From the NCBI GenBank assembly GCA_023399635.1, contig JAEWOP010000250.1:2874-66873 (forward strand): DNA of 64,000 bases, given 5' to 3'. Each line of letters starts with the position of its first letter. Positions within the stretch are counted from its first letter, which is position 1. Under the pieces are notes generated by a model. That model ran no database searches, was not told where the DNA came from, and was given only the letters and a program-made list of their open reading frames with translations. The position numbers were made by a program, and so were the translations under genes. The stretch comes from Pseudomonadota bacterium (GTDB lineage: Bacteria > Pseudomonadota > Alphaproteobacteria > Rhizobiales > Rhizobiaceae). Below are positions 61,883-64,000 of this stretch, in pieces.

Positions 61883-63457
61883 CTACGGACCGATCGGGTT
61901 GATGTCACCCACAAAGCGGATGAGATCGGCCATCGTGAAGTGGCCCTCGTCGCGGCATGGCAGTTCCGGCTTCCAATTGGACCTTTGCCATAGGAAGGAT
62001 TCGCGGTCGCCGTGGATTATCCCGAGAAAGGTTTCCGCCACAATGGTGGAGGCCATGGGGCCCAGCCTTCGACCCTGATGGTAATGCTCCGCTTCCTTGA
62101 GCACATAATACCAGAGCGGCGTTGCCTCATGCAGGCCATGCTTCGCTGCCACCGCCCCATCGGGACCTGCGGCAATCTCGTCAGGCTTCATCGGCTCGAT
62201 GTTCATCGCGCGACAGACGGCCTGGCCTGAAGGAAGTCCGATCTGCACACCACGGCGGAGATTGCGGAAAGCAAGATTGGCCTCCCGTTCTTCCTGCTCG
62301 GTCGGATCGTCGCGCAGTCCTGGCAGCCTGTGCAGCGAAGGAGCGATGAAGGGATCAAGCTTGCGCGAGAAGTTGAAGCCAAAGTCCGGGCCGCCTTCGC
62401 CCTCGACGTCGAAGAATCGTCGCCAGTCGATGGCCCAGTTCGAGGGGAGTTGCTTTAGGGGCGATGGTGGAGGCTCAGCGGGTTCGGGTGCCAGTTCGCC
62501 AACAATCCTGCCGGATTTGCCAGTAAAGAAGAAGAGCAGGCCCAGGCTTCCATTGGCAATCGTTCCGTCTTCCGGGCCGAACACCCTGTTGTGGCTGTAG
62601 GTCTCCCGAACCATGGAATGGCCGAGACGATAGCAGGCTGCTGCGAACTCTGCCGGCATGTAGGGACGGAGCTTGAAGCGATAGAAGCGGCGCCCGTCCT
62701 TCCGGATCTTGTTGATCAGGCCCGGCTCTGTCAGCCGCTCGACAAAGTCGAAGAGAACGATCCACTGGTAGTGCCACGTGACGATGCGACGGGCCTCGAG
62801 AAACAGCCCTGTCCCCTTCAAGGGTGAGCCATTTTTCTTCAACCACTCCACCACTGCATTGTGAAACTTCAGCATCAGCAGATGCATCTGCGCGACCAGC
62901 AGGTTCTCGTCGTTGCGCTCGTCGAAAATCAGCGCGTGCCCCACCTAGTTGCGCGGCAGGTCGTTGGGCAGTGACGGTATCTGTACGCCGTTCTGGTCTC
63001 GCGATTGACTGGTAGGGCCGATCAGCATCTTCGGCGCGATGGCGAAGGTGTCCGGGTCGCGCTGATAAAGATAGGGATGGATGCCTGGACCGTCGCCGTA
63101 AAGCGAATCCAGATCCAGGGCCGGCGTGCGGAAGTTCTGCGTCGCTTTCGGATCCGCCCGTTGCTGGTCAAGAGGCGTCATGTCCAACGTGATGTCGTGG
63201 TCGATAAACTGGCCGAGATAGGTATAACCCGCCGGGATATCCGGATTGTCGCCCGCCGCGTCCGGGTTCTCCCCCGCCTGACCCGTGTCCCTCATCGCCT
63301 TTGCTAGTTCGAACAAGGCATCGTCGTCTGCATGGAGCGGAACAAGGTGCGGGAACATCGTCCCGAACTTCCCTGGATCTCCAATGCCGTCAAAGGAATG
63401 CAGCGTCTCGCGTTTCATGCCGCGAACGCCATGGCCATGCATGGCAATGTCAGTCAT
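61883..63457 (-). pseudogene. Heme peroxidase of the peroxidase-cyclooxygenase superfamily, interrupted by one in-frame TAG (62945-62947)
   Basis: ORFs 62945-63457 and 61883-62944 share a frame and abut (AAC TAG GTG). Motifs GQFIDHD and LDLDSLYG lie in part 1; RNDEN, WHYQW, YRLGHSM and TPLWYYVLKEAE lie in part 2. Confidence 0.85.
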
Positions 63458-63597
63458 GACAGTCCCCTGTTGATACAGCCAATGGTTATCTCCCGTTTGG
63501 AGATAGTATCTATGATTGCATCAGGGATGTCGGTCTGCAACCAACCGGTGCATCAACCGGAGGAAGCAGAAGGTTGCATCGGCAGGACGAGCCGAGA

Positions 63598-64000
63598 CTA
63601 TCGTTCCAGAAGAGCGACGACCTCGACATGGGTCGACCATAAGAACTGGTCGATCGGGGTGACAGATCGCACCGCATACCCAATGTCCACGAGCACTCGA
63701 AGATCCCGCGCAAGCGTCAGTGGATTGCAACTCACGGCGGCAATCTTGCGGACACCGGATCGCGCCAGTTCCGTCACCTGCGCCTCGGCGCCCGCGCGCG
63801 GCGGGTCGAAGACGACGGCATCGAAGACCTTGAGCTCCTGCGCGGTCAGCGGTCGGCGGAACAGGTCTCGCTTTTCAATAGTGACCGGTTTCAGGCCCTG
63901 GGTGTTTCGAGCGGCATGGTCGAGCGCCTTGAGCGGCTTCTCCTCGCCCTCCACGGCATGCACCCGCGCCTTTTTCGCCAGCCGCAGGGCAAAGGTGCCG
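63598..64000 (-). CDS. TrmA/RlmD-class RNA m5U methyltransferase (5' part lies outside the window)
   Basis: VFDPPRAGA, AVSCNPLTLARD, DQF and HVE motifs. Confidence 0.9.
   Translation of the reverse strand, partial: GTFALRLAKKARVHAVEGEEKPLKALDHAARNTQGLKPVTIEKRDLFRRPLTAQELKVFDAVVFDPPRAGAEAQVTELARSGVRKIAAVSCNPLTLARDLRVLVDIGYAVRSVTPIDQFLWSTHVEVVALLER

Noticed and set aside
62945..62947. Pyrrolysine recoding of the peroxidase TAG
   Set aside because: There are no pyl genes in the window, other genes here use TAG as an ordinary stop, and the position is not a known catalytic residue.

Overview
A GC-rich, mostly core chromosomal region of a Rhizobiaceae alphaproteobacterium (Rhizobium/Neorhizobium/Agrobacterium-like, judged from gene content and order). 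It carries groESL with a perfect CIRCE operator, ribF, ileS, tadA, rluB, rsmD, pmbA, cysQ, waaA/kdtA, lpxK, mutL, a GGDEF-EAL gene, a solo luxR, mrp, the Fo ATP synthase operon atpIBEGF, rnhB, a radical SAM gene with a LexA box, moaB, ispE, ispB, glyQ-lemA-DUF2207-glyS, purD, tex, ubiA, a repeat-rich DUF1217 gene, tsaC, BA14K, and acyl-CoA dehydrogenase/crotonase genes with a LiuR-type operator. I saw no rRNA, tRNA, CRISPR array, prophage or IS element. The most notable signals are: (1) an unannotated Ile-rich leader peptide with alternative hairpins in front of ileS, a candidate attenuator; (2) an accessory heme peroxidase gene split by one in-frame TAG followed directly by GTG; (3) a kefB-type gene whose whole membrane domain is deleted, leaving a possibly translatable RCK domain; (4) two multi-hairpin intergenic elements with anti-Shine-Dalgarno-like loops, one behind an EcfG/RpoE2-type promoter; (5) the six-repeat DUF1217 protein. 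Family names come from motif recognition only; no database search was run.
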